Notes: a model not told the origin generated them from the letters alone. 64,000 bases of DNA from Salpingoeca rosetta (GCA_033442325.1 JAWQFM010000002.1:420444-484443); one strand, 5' to 3'; counted from the stretch's first letter, positions 24,904 through 38,921 are shown. Made by a program: numbers and translations.

Positions 24904-25093
24904 CGCACGTACGTATATAGGCATACCTGAGATAGGGCGTTTTGTTGACGTGCTTGCGGCACCAGAACCCCTTTTTCGAACATCCTTTGCAGCTGGCCAC
25001 GCTTTGCATCAGCTTGGTCAACATGGCCTCGCGCTCACCAAACTCCATGGCCGTTGTTGTTGTTGTCGTGCGCTCCTGGCTGGTGGTGGTCAT
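20472..25093 (-). CDS. Low-complexity (polyQ/D/G/H) protein with inferred N-terminal Cys/His motifs, a zinc knuckle and a C-terminal MYND finger; interrupted by an N-gap
   Basis: MYND CVLC..CCTGCYQAYYCSPACQRQHWGEHKLC (20523-20630); CSICRCQGHTRRKC knuckle (20997-21038). Phase-consistent upstream exons (25093-24927, 24510-24426, ~24220-24142, ~23888-23812) join the long exon below ~23570. Confidence 0.7.
20820..21740 (-). repeat. Coding (CAA/CAG)n polyQ and QQQPM repeats flanking an assembly gap
   Basis: (TTG)n and GTTGTTGCATTG-type repeats on the + strand. Confidence 0.9.
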
Positions 25094-25258
25094 ATCCGCT
25101 ACAGATTATGGTGTCGGATGTCATTTCCTTGCGAACAGCAGCCAGTCAAACAGCGAGCGACCACCCTTCCGCCCCATCCACCCCACCCATTCTCCTCCTG
25201 ACCGTGTGTCAGCTTGGAGTGAGGCTCTCCGACTACCGCCCCCACCAACACCAACACC

Positions 25259-26413
25259 ATGGGTGAGCGCAAGGTGCTGAACAAGTACTACCCGCCGGAC
25301 TTTGATCCGGCGAAGCTGCCGCGCATGCGGTTGGGCAAGGACCGGCAGTTCAAGGTGCGGCTGATGGCGCCCTTCAACATGCGCTGCAAGACGTGCGGCC
25401 ACTACATCTACAAGAGCACCAAGTTCCTGGCCATGAAGGAAACAGTGCAGGACGAAACATACCTGGGGCTGTACATCTTCCGCTTCTACATCAAGTGCCC
25501 AACATGTTGCGCAGAGATCACGTTCAAGACCGACCCAAAGAACTCCGACTACGTGTGCGAGCACGGCGCGACGCGAAACTTCGAAGCGTGGCGCATGGCT
25601 GACAAGCTCGGCACCATCGACGACGAGCTGGAGGAGGAAGAGGAGGAGAACAACCCCATGCGCGCGTTGGAGGAGCGCACAAAGGAGTCGCGGCGAGAGA
25701 TGGACATCCTCGACGCGCTGGAGGACATCCGCGACCTGAATGCGCGGGCGGCGCAGGTGGACATTGACACGCTCGTCGCCTCGCGGCAGAAGGAGGATGC
25801 GCATGAGCAGCTGACGACTGAGGAGCAGTTGCGGAAAGAGGAGGACGAGGCCATCGCCGCCGCGTTTTCCCGCGACAGGATCGTGCGGCGCCTGGAAGAT
25901 GAGCCATCTGAGGAGCCCTCATTCTCTTCTTCGGCTACAAAGAACGCAAAGGCGAAGGCAAAGAAGAGCAAGAAGAACAAGGCGAGGACAACAGCAGCAT
26001 CGCCATCGTCATCGTCGTCATCATCATTATTATCATCATCATCATCAGCGAAGCGGCGAGCAGCCGGAACGGCGTCGTTTGCAGAGACAGACACGGACCC
26101 AACGACCAGTAGCACAGCCACGACAACAGATGGGGCCACCTCGACTGCCAGGAGCGGGCCATCCTCATCTGCATCGAGCAAGCGGCCCAAGATGGTGCGT
26201 GCGCAGGACAAGAAGATTGGCACGCTAGGTGGCGGGCCACTGGCGGGGCTGGTGCGTGCAAACAAGAAGCAGCCAGACACAAAACAGCCAGATGCACAGC
26301 AGCAGCGGGCGTCACAGCAGGGCAGTGTGGGAAGGAAGAATGGCGGCGGTGGCCTGGGGTTGGTCGGTTACGGCTCCGATGACTCGGATGATTCAAGCGA
26401 CGACAGTGACTGA
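25259..26413 (+). CDS. YJU2: Splicing factor YJU2/CCDC94, single exon, 384 aa
   Basis: [68 protein letters not shown]; CACC-ATG context. Confidence 0.96.
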   Translation: MGERKVLNKYYPPDFDPAKLPRMRLGKDRQFKVRLMAPFNMRCKTCGHYIYKSTKFLAMKETVQDETYLGLYIFRFYIKCPTCCAEITFKTDPKNSDYVCEHGATRNFEAWRMADKLGTIDDELEEEEEENNPMRALEERTKESRREMDILDALEDIRDLNARAAQVDIDTLVASRQKEDAHEQLTTEEQLRKEEDEAIAAAFSRDRIVRRLEDEPSEEPSFSSSATKNAKAKAKKSKKNKARTTAASPSSSSSSSLLSSSSSAKRRAAGTASFAETDTDPTTSSTATTTDGATSTARSGPSSSASSKRPKMVRAQDKKIGTLGGGPLAGLVRANKKQPDTKQPDAQQQRASQQGSVGRKNGGGGLGLVGYGSDDSDDSSDDSD

Positions 26414-26495
<82 letters not shown>

Positions 26496-26747
26496 TGTGT
26501 TTGTGTTGGGAGAGAAGTTGAGTGAATGAGTTTTGCGTGTGTGTGCCCTGCTTTGTTGGACGCACGCTGTGCTGTTCCGTGTTGCCTGTGTGTCACACAT
26601 AAGTCATGCTTATTCATTGGTTTGATAAANNNNNNNNNNNNNNNNNNNNNNNNNNNNNNNNNNNNNNNNNNNNNNNNNNNNNNNNNNNNNNNNNNNNNNN
26701 NNNNNNNNNNNNNNNNNNNNNNNNNNNNNACACACACACACACACAC

Positions 26748-28334
26748 CTGTTTTGTGCCATTTCGAGGCCACTGACTGCGACGCCTCCTGCGTTCGCCGC
26801 CTTTGCGGGCCCAAACGCCACGCCGGCACTGTCACCAACACGCAATGTGATGAAAACGCAGCTTTAGCAGCGAAATATCCAACACACGTGCCTGCAAGCA
26901 ACACGACACGACGAACACACACACACACACACACACACATGCACACACACATACAAATATATGCATGACTGTCGTACCTTTCAATACGCTTGACAGCTTG
27001 GCTTGTACACGGCATGTTTGCGCCTTCGACCAACGCAACGAGTCCGTTCTGCGCAGAGGTGGTGAAGCGACGCGTGAGACAAAGTCGTTGTGTACACACG
27101 ATTGTGACACAAGGCAGACAAGGTGGGCAAGATGGACAGAGAGAGCAGGCGAGATCGGCAAGATAGGCAAGCCTCGATTGATCACACCCGGCAGCCAAGC
27201 AACGCGATGCAATGCGTGCCATGTCTTGGCTCACCTTCACGAGTGTCTGCGCATCTTCCTCTGTAACCTCGTTCTGCGTCGCACACGGCAATGCCACGTC
27301 CGCCGCCACCTCCCACGGCTTCTTTCCCTTGAAAAACTTAATCTGGTAGACGCGGGCAAGCGAACTCGTAAGTGATGCAAGCATGGTGAATGACATCAAC
27401 GAGCAAAGGGCCTTGGTAGCCGTTGGTGGCATCACACTGGAAACAGGACACTCATGCACCAAAGCACTTGAGCGTTGCAATAAAGACGAGAAACAACAGC
27501 GTACAAGATCACCCCCCCACCCCTCCCCCCCCCCCACACACACACACACCACGACCTGGTCAAACTTGTCGGCCATCTCTGAAATACGGCCCCGTCGTCG
27601 CTGCTTGAGGTCGAAGAGCTGCAGTTGCGAGGGAAAGTCATGTCAAGAGAGTTTGGTCGCATGAGGTGAACAAGTAACACCGGAAGATCACGCCTGGGAA
27701 TTGCAAACGTATCGCAAGCACGAGCACATGTGCATGTACACGCGTTTACGCACCTCCTGAAGCATCTCCTTTGTCATTCCCGATGGGACGTGAATGTACC
27801 CCGAGCTGTCTGACATGGTGACAACTTTTGCGCCGCCTTGCAGCAGCTGATATGATGTGACATCAATGAAAAATTGCGTGACTTGCGTGAGTTGGTGAGT
27901 GTCAACGAGTCAAGGGGTAGGAGAGGGAAAGGACGAAAAGGCACGCGTGTGCATTCATGTGGCAGGATTTGCTCAGCGCAACCCAGAATACGCTGTTCCA
28001 CCACATCGTTACACAAACACACACACACACAACCACAGCATACACAGGATTCACACCTTTTCGCAGCAATACTGCGCGACGTTACCGGAGCCGGAGATGA
28101 GGCACGTTTTTCCCTCCAGCGACGTGTCGAGGTCAGCCATGACGTGGTCGGTGAAGTACACAACGCCATAGCCAGTGGCCTCTGATGTCATCCAAGCAAC
28201 AAGCAAGGACAACCAGCGGACATGTCTCTGTTAGATCGAACGAACGCTTCTACAAGCAGGCAAGCAAGCAAGCATGCATGCAAGCACGCACGCAAGCAAG
28301 CAAGTGGGCGCATGTTGCCAAATCCACCCATCCA

Positions 28335-28381
<47 letters not shown>

Positions 28382-28654
28382 CACACACAACACACACTCA
28401 CCTGTGCGCAGGTAGCTGCCTCCCCATTTTGTGTTCTTCCCCGTCATTGTGCCCTCGAATTGGCGCTGCAAGTGGCGCAAGCACAAATGCACGAGCACGA
28501 AAAGCGTGAACGGTGGGACGTCAGACAATGACACATGACTGCTTGTTTGTCCAACACCAGTGGGTAAGTGTACAGCTATGGCCAAACACCCACGCACACC
28601 CACGCACACCCACGCACACCCACACACCCACACACCCACACCCACACACACACA

Positions 28655-28713
<59 letters not shown>

Positions 28714-29513
28714 GTGTGACATACCGTGAGACGCTTGTACATGCCATACATGTATCCAATCTCGCGAGAGCCCACGCCAATGTCACCCTGCAAGCATCAA
28801 CGGCAGAAGCAAGCTTTAGAGGTGCGGCAATAAAACGCTGTAAACTTGTCGTGTAGGAAGACGCACATTGACGGGAAAGATGGCATCAAGGCATATGCGT
28901 AGACCCATCCACGTATTGACCCAAACACCCACGCATCCCCCTACAGCAGGAATGTCCTGGCTTGGTCCGATGTGGTGAAAGAGGGAGGTGATGAAGCTCT
29001 GGCAGAACCGAAGCACCTCGCCATCGCTCTTGTTCTTTGGGTCGAAATCCGAGCCGCCCTTACCGCCACCGAGCGGCAGCCCCGTCAAGGAGTTCTTGAA
29101 GATCTGAAGGCGGAGCACACAGGAATTGAGTGTGTGCGTGTGCGGTGTGAGAATGGGGTGTGTGTGTGTGCTCATACAAGAGGCACAAAGCCCATGAACG
29201 CGACACGAACGCCTGCAAGATCCTATCACACAACACACACACACACACACACACACCTGCTCGAAACCAAGGAACTTGACAACGCTCAGGTTCACTGATG
29301 GGTGGAAGCGAAGGCCACCTTTGAACGGGCCGAGCGCACTGGCCGCATGAGCAGTTGCATTGCCCATTGCACACACGCGCGCAACGTGAGAACACGAGAG
29401 AGGATGTCGCTCACAGCTCGAGGATTGCGGATGTACAGGGACAAATACACAGACACAGACCCATACACACAGACACAGACACACAGACACAGACACACAC
29501 ACAGACACACACA

Positions 29514-29550
<37 letters not shown>

Positions 29551-29749
29551 CACCCTGTACCTGGAATACTGCACACGGAACCCGCGGTTGACTTGCTGGC
29601 GGCCGTTGTCGTCAATCCATGGCACGCGGAAGTAGTGCACCTGTTCCGGCTCGGCCAGCGTTTCCAGCACCTGATGAGGGCAGGGCACAAACACAAAACT
29701 ATCAGATGTGGTCTGCAACACCTCAGCATACCTGCATGTATGCAAGCAC

Positions 29750-29780
<31 letters not shown>

Positions 29781-30459
29781 CAGGGCGAAAGCTACTAGGC
29801 AACGCACGTCAATGTAGTATGGATGCTGGGTGAGGACGGGCTTGAGGCTCACGATGACTTCCTCGAGGGCTTGCAGGAACTCTTTCTCATGCGGATCTCG
29901 CGCTTTGACCCTAGTTGCATGAAGCAGCGCGTGTGCGTGAATGAGTGAGGTGGGTCGATGAGGGAGGTGGGTCGATGAGGGAGGTGGGTCGATGAGGGAG
30001 GTGGGTGGAACAACCCCAAGCGACCGAGATGGACACCACACAGCACAAACACACAACACAACCACACAACACACACACACACACACACAACACAGACACA
30101 ACCACACAATACAACCACACACACACACACACACACAGACACACACACACAGACACACACACACACACACACACACACGCAACACGAACACACACACACG
30201 CACACACATACACACATGCACACACACACACACACACACACCTCTTGAGGAGGTCCTGGATGGCTTCGTCAATGTTGACCGACTTGGAGACACAGAACCT
30301 GAGAAGGGACCAGCGGTTCGCACAAGCGGGCGTCAGCCAACATCAGGTCATCACACAGAGGTGCAAGACTGCACACCCTCGCTCGCACGCAAACACAACA
30401 GCGGACCTGTGCGAAGGGTCGCACACCAGGTCGTCTGCGCTTGGTCCGTGCGAGCTCAT
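26748..30459 (-). CDS. gdhA: NADP-specific glutamate dehydrogenase (gdhA/GDH1 type), ~14 exons; C-terminus lost in gap 26630-26729
   Basis: EKEFLQA; [22 protein letters not shown]; [50 protein letters not shown]; [16 protein letters not shown]; EATGYG; [10 protein letters not shown]; ALPCATQNE; VEGANMP; [20 protein letters not shown]. First exon MSSHGPS... starts at 30459. Confidence 0.95.
29947..30006. repeat. 17-bp G-rich minisatellite x3.5 in a gdhA intron
   Basis: GAGGTGGGTCGATGAGG repeated. Confidence 0.9.
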
Positions 30460-30967
30460 ATCCGGCAGCAACAGGGAAGCAGGACCAACGGAAGGAAGAA
30501 GGAACAGCAAGCAGAGCTACTGTGCTGGGTTGCGGTCAAGCGTGAGTGCTGCAATGGATGTCGTGGTGAACGCATGCATGAATGCCTGAATGAATGCATG
30601 CACGAACGCTGCGTGGGTAAAGTGGTTTGTCATCATTTCATTTCATCCGCAACTGTCACCGCCTTTTGTTTTGATTTTGTGGGCAAGAAGAATTGCGTCA
30701 TGTTGGTGGTGGTGGTGATGGTTGGCTTTGGTGCTATTCGTGATCGTTCACAATCATCATCTCGTCCTTTCTTCCCTCGCCCCCTTCCCTTGTTGCGTTC
30801 TTCTTCGATTGGTCGGTTGTTCATGTCAGTTAGGCAGACAGACTATCAGCATGCATGCCATCATGTGACGCATGCTGATAAGCCCGACAGCCTCACATGC
30901 ATCACACACACACACACATCACACATGCATCACGCACACACACGGAGCATCAACCAGCATCGGGCTA

Positions 30968-33136
30968 TCATCTTGCACGCAAGACAAGGAGGGCGTCTCG
31001 CTTGTTGATGCGAATGAACGGCCACGAGGACGTCGTGGACACACGATCAAGGCCCTGCCAGCAGTAGTAGCAGCAGCAACGCAAATGCAGCGCAGAGCAC
31101 ACATGCACACGTGAGGATGGGTGTTCATGTGTCTGGTCAATACAACCCGCGACGCAGGCTTCACACCACCACAAAGCACCGCACCTGAATGGCGGCAACG
31201 CGCTTGTGTGAAGCGGCGTATTGTGGCTCATCTGTCGCAGTCAACGACAAGCAGGCGTGTTGTGATGAGCAAGGAAGGACTTTTCATGGCAGAAGATGAC
31301 GACAGCAGAAAGCGACGCACTGGACACAGACACACACAGACGCAGACACAGACGCAGACACAGACACAGACACACAGACACACACACACACACACACACA
31401 CACACATCACGCACCTTTTGGTTCTGCAATGAGCCAAGTAAAGTTGCGCCACGACAGGTCATCTGTCCATTCCTCTGCTTTGGAGTACCTGAAAGACACA
31501 GCCAGTCACATGCAACAATTACGTGCTGTCCACCCAGCGACAACACAACAAACGTGCTCGAAACGTGCATGCACTAGGTCAAGCCTACAATTGCGCGTGT
31601 GTATGCATTCACGTGTGCGTGCGTGCTTGGTACCTGAAGTGGGGGTTGGTTTCACCAAAGCGCGACACGCCCGTCTGCGCAGCCAAATTGCACACATGCA
31701 CGGACACGGGCGCCGTCGCGGATCCGCACGCATCATCGCAGTTGGCATGCAGCCACCGGAAGGCATGGCCTCCTGGCACGTGCGCGGGTGTGAGTGTGAG
31801 TGCGTGAAAGGGTGAAGGCGTGAAAGCGTGCGATTGAAGCGAGCATTCGAGGCGTTGATGCAAGTACATTGCAATCACAGAGCGTTAGATCAATGTCACA
31901 CGCCCAGACAGACAAACGGACACACTCGCAGACAGGCAGACAAATACACACACATGCACGCACCTGGGTAGTTCTCCCTGCTGACGGCTGTGAAAAGGGC
32001 TGTGCTGAGGATGCAGCCGACAAACACGCCGACAACAACAGCGCGAGCAGCAGCGCTGATTGCCCGCTGCACAGCACCGTGGCCACTCCTCACACGCCAC
32101 CTTTGTCATGGTTAGATGAACACGAGCAAGGAAGCCAGGGCGGCGTGCAGGATGAACGGTTAGATGGATACACTCACAGACACAGGCACATGCACATGGA
32201 CGCACGCACATACACAGACACAGGCACATGTACGCACGTGTATGCACAGACAGACAAACGTGGGTAGAAACACGGACATGTACGGACAGCGGGCGTACAA
32301 GTAGTCTGCGCCGGCGGCTGCGGCGATGGTCAGCATCGGAACTGCATAGAGGACAAATCGAAGCTCCTGCACACCAGCGAGCACGGACAGCAAGTGGTGA
32401 CGTGTTCAGCGTGGATGCAACACTTGCCAATGTAACAACAACGGGGCAGCCGAAGAGCAAGCAACAACAAGCAACAACAGGCAACAACAACAATTAGAAG
32501 AAGAAGAACAGCCAACCAACAAACAAACACCACCACCACCAACAACAGCAACGACAGCAGCACCTTGTGTGGGAGGAAGGAGTACAGGAAGACAAACGCG
32601 AGAACGGGAAGAAGATACCGTCTGTTCACATCATTCCATCGCAGTTATCATGTCACCACAAGGGAAATCGCATGAGCGAGCAACCATGACACGCCAAACC
32701 CCACAGGGCAACTCCCGTGTCTTGCGTGGCATCAACTCCTACAAGCACCGCGATGCTGGCCAGAGCCGTTAAGTGTGTGCGTGTGTGAACTCACAGCAAC
32801 TTGCGCTTGGCAAAGATACCCACAGGGACCAGCAGCAAACTGACACGAACAGTAGTACATACGCAGGTTGGAATTGCAAACGTGGTGAGCGAATACCAAG
32901 CTCGGCTTCATGCGCGCGCGCGTGTGTGTGTGTGTGCGTTTGGACTGATGGTAGACGTTCTTACAAGCAGGAAACACACACACACATACACACACACACA
33001 CACACACTCTCTCTCTCTCTCTCTCTCTTTCTTTCTGTGCTGTACCTGGCGCTGAGACAGCGGGGGAGTGCGGAGTAGAAATACCACAGGAACGGCTCCG
33101 TCTACCACAGGACAACCATCAGATGAATAGGGAGAG

Positions 33137-33168
<32 letters not shown>

Positions 33169-33484
33169 TGTATGAATCGGTGGGTCGACACAAGCATGCG
33201 TGTGCAATCATCAAAGCATCCGCGGTCTCGATCGGTACGCACGCCGTAGTTGCTGCTCTTGTTAAGGATGGTGTTGAACCAGAGCACCTCGCCCTCTGGC
33301 CACAGCAGCCGCTGCCAGAAGAATGAGTCCACGCCAACAGAGACGGCTGGGGTGTGGCGGATACAGGACGGGGGAGTTGCAGTTGCAGTTGGTGTGCAAA
33401 CAGTTGCATAGGGAAGACGAGGACAATTGCGATGGAGGCAAGGGAGGTGGTGGGGTGGAGAACAAAGCGTGTACGGTGCCGCAT

Positions 33485-33565
<81 letters not shown>

Positions 33566-34030
33566 CCCACCTATGCTGAGCAAGCCAGCAGGAATGCCGG
33601 TGAGAAGGAGGCGAGAGAGCGAGATGTTGCGCTGTAGCATCTCCGACAGCAGCACCGGGCCAGCCAGGACAACAAGCTCTGTACCCATTGCGGCACATAT
33701 GGTGGTGGTGCCGGTGGTGGTCATTGTTGTTGTTGTGCATGCATGCGCATGTACGGCGGTGAGCGGGTCAAGTGCTTGCCATGCGTTGACGAATGCAAGG
33801 TGCGTAGATGCGTGGATGTACCTGCTCGAAAAACGGGGGCGGCGATGGCAAACATAACAACGGTTCGCTGCAGCTTTGACTCCAGCCAGTACGAAAACGC
33901 CAGCAACACTGGGCAGGCACGGTTGTGTGGGGAGGGTGAGCGAGATGCAAAGCGCAAACGCAGCGGCAGGCAGAGGGGCAGGCAGAAGGAAAGGCAGAGG
34001 GACAGGCAGAGGGACAGGCAGAGAAAGACC

Positions 34031-34105
<75 letters not shown>

Positions 34106-35306
34106 ACACAGACACACACAGACACACACAGACACACACACACACACACGCAAACACGCAAACACACACACACACACAGACACAGAAACACACAGCCGTC
34201 GGACCTAGGGCCAAAGCAAAGGTGTTGGGGAGGGTGCGTGACATGTAGAAGACAAGGTGGAACTGCACAGCGGTCAGAGCTGCCATGAATGTCGCAATCT
34301 GGGGCGAGAAGCGGGTCTGAACAGCACGATACAGCCGCCACAGCGCCAGGCAGTTGAATGCCGCCAAGCTAGCTCTTGCTGATCCGTGCGTGCGTGTGTG
34401 TATGCCATGTGTGAGTACAAGCATTCGGTTAGTGAGACATGGGCTCAGCGTGAAGTGGAAGAGAGCGGCAGTGCTCCGCCATGGGCGGTGTGGGACAGAC
34501 AGTTGCGACAAGTATGTGATGGCTGTGAAACCAGCAGACATACCGATGACAAGCCCTAGCTCCTTGGAGGCGTGCGGCGACAGGGCTTCGTGCGCCATTG
34601 TCAGCAGGCTGGTGGGCAGCGCGACCATCAAGCTGCCAAGGAACGTTCGCGGCACGACGCCAGGAAAGTCCAGATGGTCATACTGACAATCGTTGGACGC
34701 AGAGGAAGAGGGGGGGGGGGGACAGAACGGTGTGTGCATGTGCATGAATGTACGTGTGTGAGCCAGTGAGTCCGTAAGTGTGTGCATGAGTGCGTGCGTG
34801 CTTAAGGAAGGCGAGGAGCGCAGGGGGGGGGGAAGAAGTCGTATTGCATGGCGATGCGTACGTGGCTGATGTTCTCTCTGTGGTGGACGAGATCATGGAT
34901 GGCTTGCAAGTTGAAGCTCTCCTCCACCTGCGCGTGTTGGAGCGGACAGCGCACGCGTGAGTGTGAGGGGTGCGTGCGTGCGTTTGTGGGTGGGTCGGTG
35001 TCTTGGTGTAGGGGGGTCTCTTGGTGTCTCACTCACTCACTTTCATAGGCGCACAGACACACACAGACACACACAGACACAGACACAGACACACACAGAC
35101 ACAGACTCAGACACACACAGACACACACGCACACACACAGACACACGCAGACACACAGACACACAGACACACACACACACACACAGACACACACACACAC
35201 ACAGAGCCTTGCCTTGCCATACCTTGGTAAAGGGAACTAGAACGACCGAGACAAGGCAGGCAGCCCACACCAGCCACATTGCCAGTGAACCACTCATCAT
35301 CGTCAT
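30968..35306 (-). CDS. ALG12: Dol-P-Man:Man7GlcNAc2-PP-Dol alpha-1,6-mannosyltransferase, multi-exon
   Basis: [16 protein letters not shown]; [16 protein letters not shown]; [17 protein letters not shown]; [30 protein letters not shown]; [17 protein letters not shown]; NYPG; AAQTGVSRF. Last exon ends at the TGA at 30968. Confidence 0.94.
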
Positions 35307-35360
35307 TCTCTCGCGCGCAAGAAGAAGAGAAGAAGAAGAAGAAGAATCAGCAACGAAGAG
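35307..35360. promoter_or_regulatory. Very short divergent spacer ALG12/OSGEPL1 with (GAA)n tract
   Basis: 54 bp between the first candidate ATGs. Confidence 0.5.
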
Positions 35361-35617
35361 ATGGCGATGAGGGGTGGGTGGCGTGTGGCTGCGCGGCGTT
35401 GGCGTGAGGTGACGGCTGCAACAGGGGTGGCGCGACAGAACAGGGTTCCTCAGTGCCGTGGCCACGCACGTGTCTGCAGTCGTGAGTACAGCAAGCAAGC
35501 CCGGCCGCTGGTGCTAGGCATCGAGAGCACCTTTGATGACACGGGCGTGTGCATTCTGGACAGCACTGGCCACGTGCTTGGAGAGTCGCTGCTCTCCCAA
35601 CGCGAGCACCACGTCAA
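35361..35617 (+). CDS. OSGEPL1: First exon of mitochondrial tRNA N6-threonylcarbamoyltransferase (OSGEPL1/Qri7/TsaD family); remainder presumably in gap 35708-35807
   Basis: Arg-rich presequence, then [36 protein letters not shown] (cf. VLGIETSCDDT); GTGAGC donor. Confidence 0.8.
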
Positions 35618-35624
35618 GTGAGCG

Positions 35625-35707
<83 letters not shown>

Positions 35708-35815
35708 NNNNNNNNNNNNNNNNNNNNNNNNNNNNNNNNNNNNNNNNNNNNNNNNNNNNNNNNNNNNNNNNNNNNNNNNNNNNNNNNNNNNNNNNNNNNN
35801 NNNNNNNCAAACACC

Positions 35816-35876
<61 letters not shown>

Positions 35877-35943
35877 GCACGCACACGCACACACACACAC
35901 ACGCACGCACGCACACGCACACACACACACGCACACGGCATAC

Positions 35944-36826
35944 CATTTCGTTGAGGCAGACGACCATTGAGCCGAGGACGGAGAGTTCGCAGAGGTAGAG
36001 TTTCGGCTCGCGGCTCGCCCAAGTCAGCGCAGCCTGTGAATGGCATGAGAGACAGAGGGAGCAACGAGGGGAACCGTCACTGGTGTGCAGGGCGGAGCAA
36101 AGGAGGAAACCGATGCAAGAATGCCAGAACTCTACACAATACAGCACGCGAACACACATACACACACAAGCACACACATACACACAAAACACACGTGCAT
36201 ACACACACACAGGGCACCTGGAAGCACTGCCCAAGAACGGCCATTGCGCCAGAGTCGTGGCCCTTTGCAAGCTGCTGCATGAGCTGGTCGTGTGCTGGCG
36301 GGGCGCTCGCCTCCCAGATGCGGCCCATTGCATCCCACGCCTCAAGCACCTCCGCGTGCGACTCAAGCTCCCCGTTTGAATTTCGCGGCGCACTCTCCAG
36401 CGCGGCGGGCGTGTTGTCCACCAGATTGCTCAGGTTTGTTGCAAGCAGGTTCACCATCTGCCCAGTGGCAAAAAAGGGGCGGGGTAGGGGAGGGACGAAC
36501 GATGTGGGATGGAATCGTGTGCATGCGTGCGTGTGGTTGTGTGAACGTGCTTGTGTGTTTGAACATGCGAAGAGAGCAGACGAACGTTTATCACAACAAC
36601 CACGACCACAATCAGAATCGCAAGGCAGAACAACGCAACGTACGGCTGTGGGAAAGTGTGTGCTGATGAGGCTGAGGATGGTGAGGGCCTGGCTGCGGTA
36701 CACGGAGAAGAAGCTGTTCCACTCCTCCAAATCGCTGAAGTCCTGCTCGCTGAACACAGCTGCAAAAGGTGTGTCGCGTCGTGGGTGAGAGTGCAAGAGA
36801 GGAACACGCGGCAAGCTGTGTGTGCG

Positions 36827-36857
<31 letters not shown>

Positions 36858-38520
36858 ATACAACACACGAAGACAAGGAGCACCACCACACGGCCACTGC
36901 TCGTCTGGGTTGCTTGTGATGCTTGTGATGGTTGTGGTCATGATGATGATGATGATGACGACGATGACGTACCGGACTCGCCGAAGAAGCCGACCTCGGG
37001 ATTGCCGCGCCGCACCATCCTGAATCGAAGGGAGAGGAGCGGCGATGCAGGGGGCGATGATGAAGGGGGGATGAATGCACAAGCAATATTGCACCGCACA
37101 CCACAATTGAAGCACAGACACGCGCGCAGAGACAACCACACAGAACCACCACCACCACCAGCAGCAGCATTATGCCGCTGGTACGCACTTGTCGCAGAGG
37201 ACTTCGGCGAGCGGGAGCTGGAGGCGCTTCATGACGTCGGTCTGCTTGAGTACGTCGTTCCGTAGCATGGTTGCCCAGCACACGAACGTCAGCGACGACA
37301 CCACCGCGCTGCCGACGGGACAGTGGAACGAGGAAGAAGGGATGAAGGAGGGAGAAGGGAGGAGGTGCAGGAAGGAGGGAGAGATAAAGGAGGAAGGAGA
37401 TGCATGTGGCGTAAAGGGGGGGGGTATGAGCACACGTACAGAAAGCGGAAGCAGCCATAATACATACACGCACAGCACAACGCAGCACACGACAGCACGA
37501 GGCAACCCAAACATAACATTCATGCGTGAGACCTTGGGTGGAGGGTGAATTCGTAAAGGACGCGGACGTAGTCGTCAAAGTTCTTTGGGGGTTCGCGCTT
37601 GATGGACCCGGGCCCGCACAGACTGCACAGCTGGTTTGTCCCCAGCACCGTGATCACCTGAACGTGCGTGAGTGCGGGGTGTGGGTGTGTAATTGAGTGG
37701 GCACTTTGCAAGTGACTTTGTGTGTATGTGCGTGTGTGTATGTATGTGCGTGTGCGTGTGTGCGATTCCCGCCAAACGGGAGTCAGTCAAGGGCGCGCTC
37801 AACAGACCTGTGCTAGGCGCTTGACGAACGTGTACACGTCCTCGTTGTCCATGCTCGACTGCGTCAGCGCCTCCACTGCAAATCCAACAACACATCCCCG
37901 CACGTGAGGTGCACACCGCCAAAGGCGCATGGTCTCAGACACACATAAGCAAACCAAGCGGAGCAACACACCAAACGACACAACACCAAAAGACACAACA
38001 CCAAGCGACATGTGCGTGTGCGTGTGGGCGACCTGAGGCGACAATGGGCCCGAGGTGCTGGAGAATATCAAGCAGCGGGGCGCGCTCGTCACGGGGGCCC
38101 TTCCGCTCGACAATGAGGAGGAGGCAGTCTGCTGCAGCCTGGCGGTGGGGCTCCACGCTCAGCAGCTCGCACAGCATCAGCAGGAGGTTGTTCTTGTACA
38201 GCGCCTTGAGCGGCACCCAGTCCACAAACGCAGCGAGCGTCTTCAGCAGCATGCGCACCACCATATCTGGTGCATTGGCGCAGCGGGAGGGGGGTGTTAG
38301 GCTGGGGGGGGGGACGATGTGCAAGAAGGAACATATTCACAAGTGGAACGCATGCAAACACGGGCACGCATGTGCACAACCTGCACGCCAACGCAGCTCA
38401 AGTGCAAGAATACAAACACAACACAACGCAACATACAACAACGCGCGTGCAGACACACACAAATACGCGCACACGCACACACGCACACACGCACACGCGC
38501 ACGCACACACACACACGCAC

Positions 38521-38595
<75 letters not shown>

Positions 38596-38720
38596 GAGCA
38601 CGCACAGTATTCCTGGCGCTGTGCTTCGTCGGCGTTGTCTGTTTCCTGGGGGATGCAGGTGACGAGCAGGTTGGAGAAGAAGGGCAGCAGCGACGGCAGG
38701 CACGCGCTCAGGCCTTGCAC
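35944..38720 (-). CDS. XPO5: Exportin-5, internal fragment (both ends in gaps)
   Basis: LKTLAAFVDWV..LLLMLCELL..AAADCLLLIVERKG..ERAPLL; YTFVKRLAQVITVLGTNQLC; PKNFDDY..FTLHP; QDFSDLEEWNSFFSVYRSQ. These are collinear with my recollection of human XPO5. Confidence 0.88.
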
Positions 38721-38817
38721 CTGGTTGTTGGAGGGAGGCGGGAAGAACGCAGAAGATGGGGAGGAGGGGAATGCGAGGGAGTGAGAGGGTGAGCTGAACG
38801 AGACAGGCACGTGAAGC

Positions 38818-38921
<104 letters not shown>

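Noticed and set aside
24426-25050. ZMYND8/11-like PWWP domain at the start of the MYND gene
   Set aside because: The frame giving the resemblance is incompatible with the splice phases.
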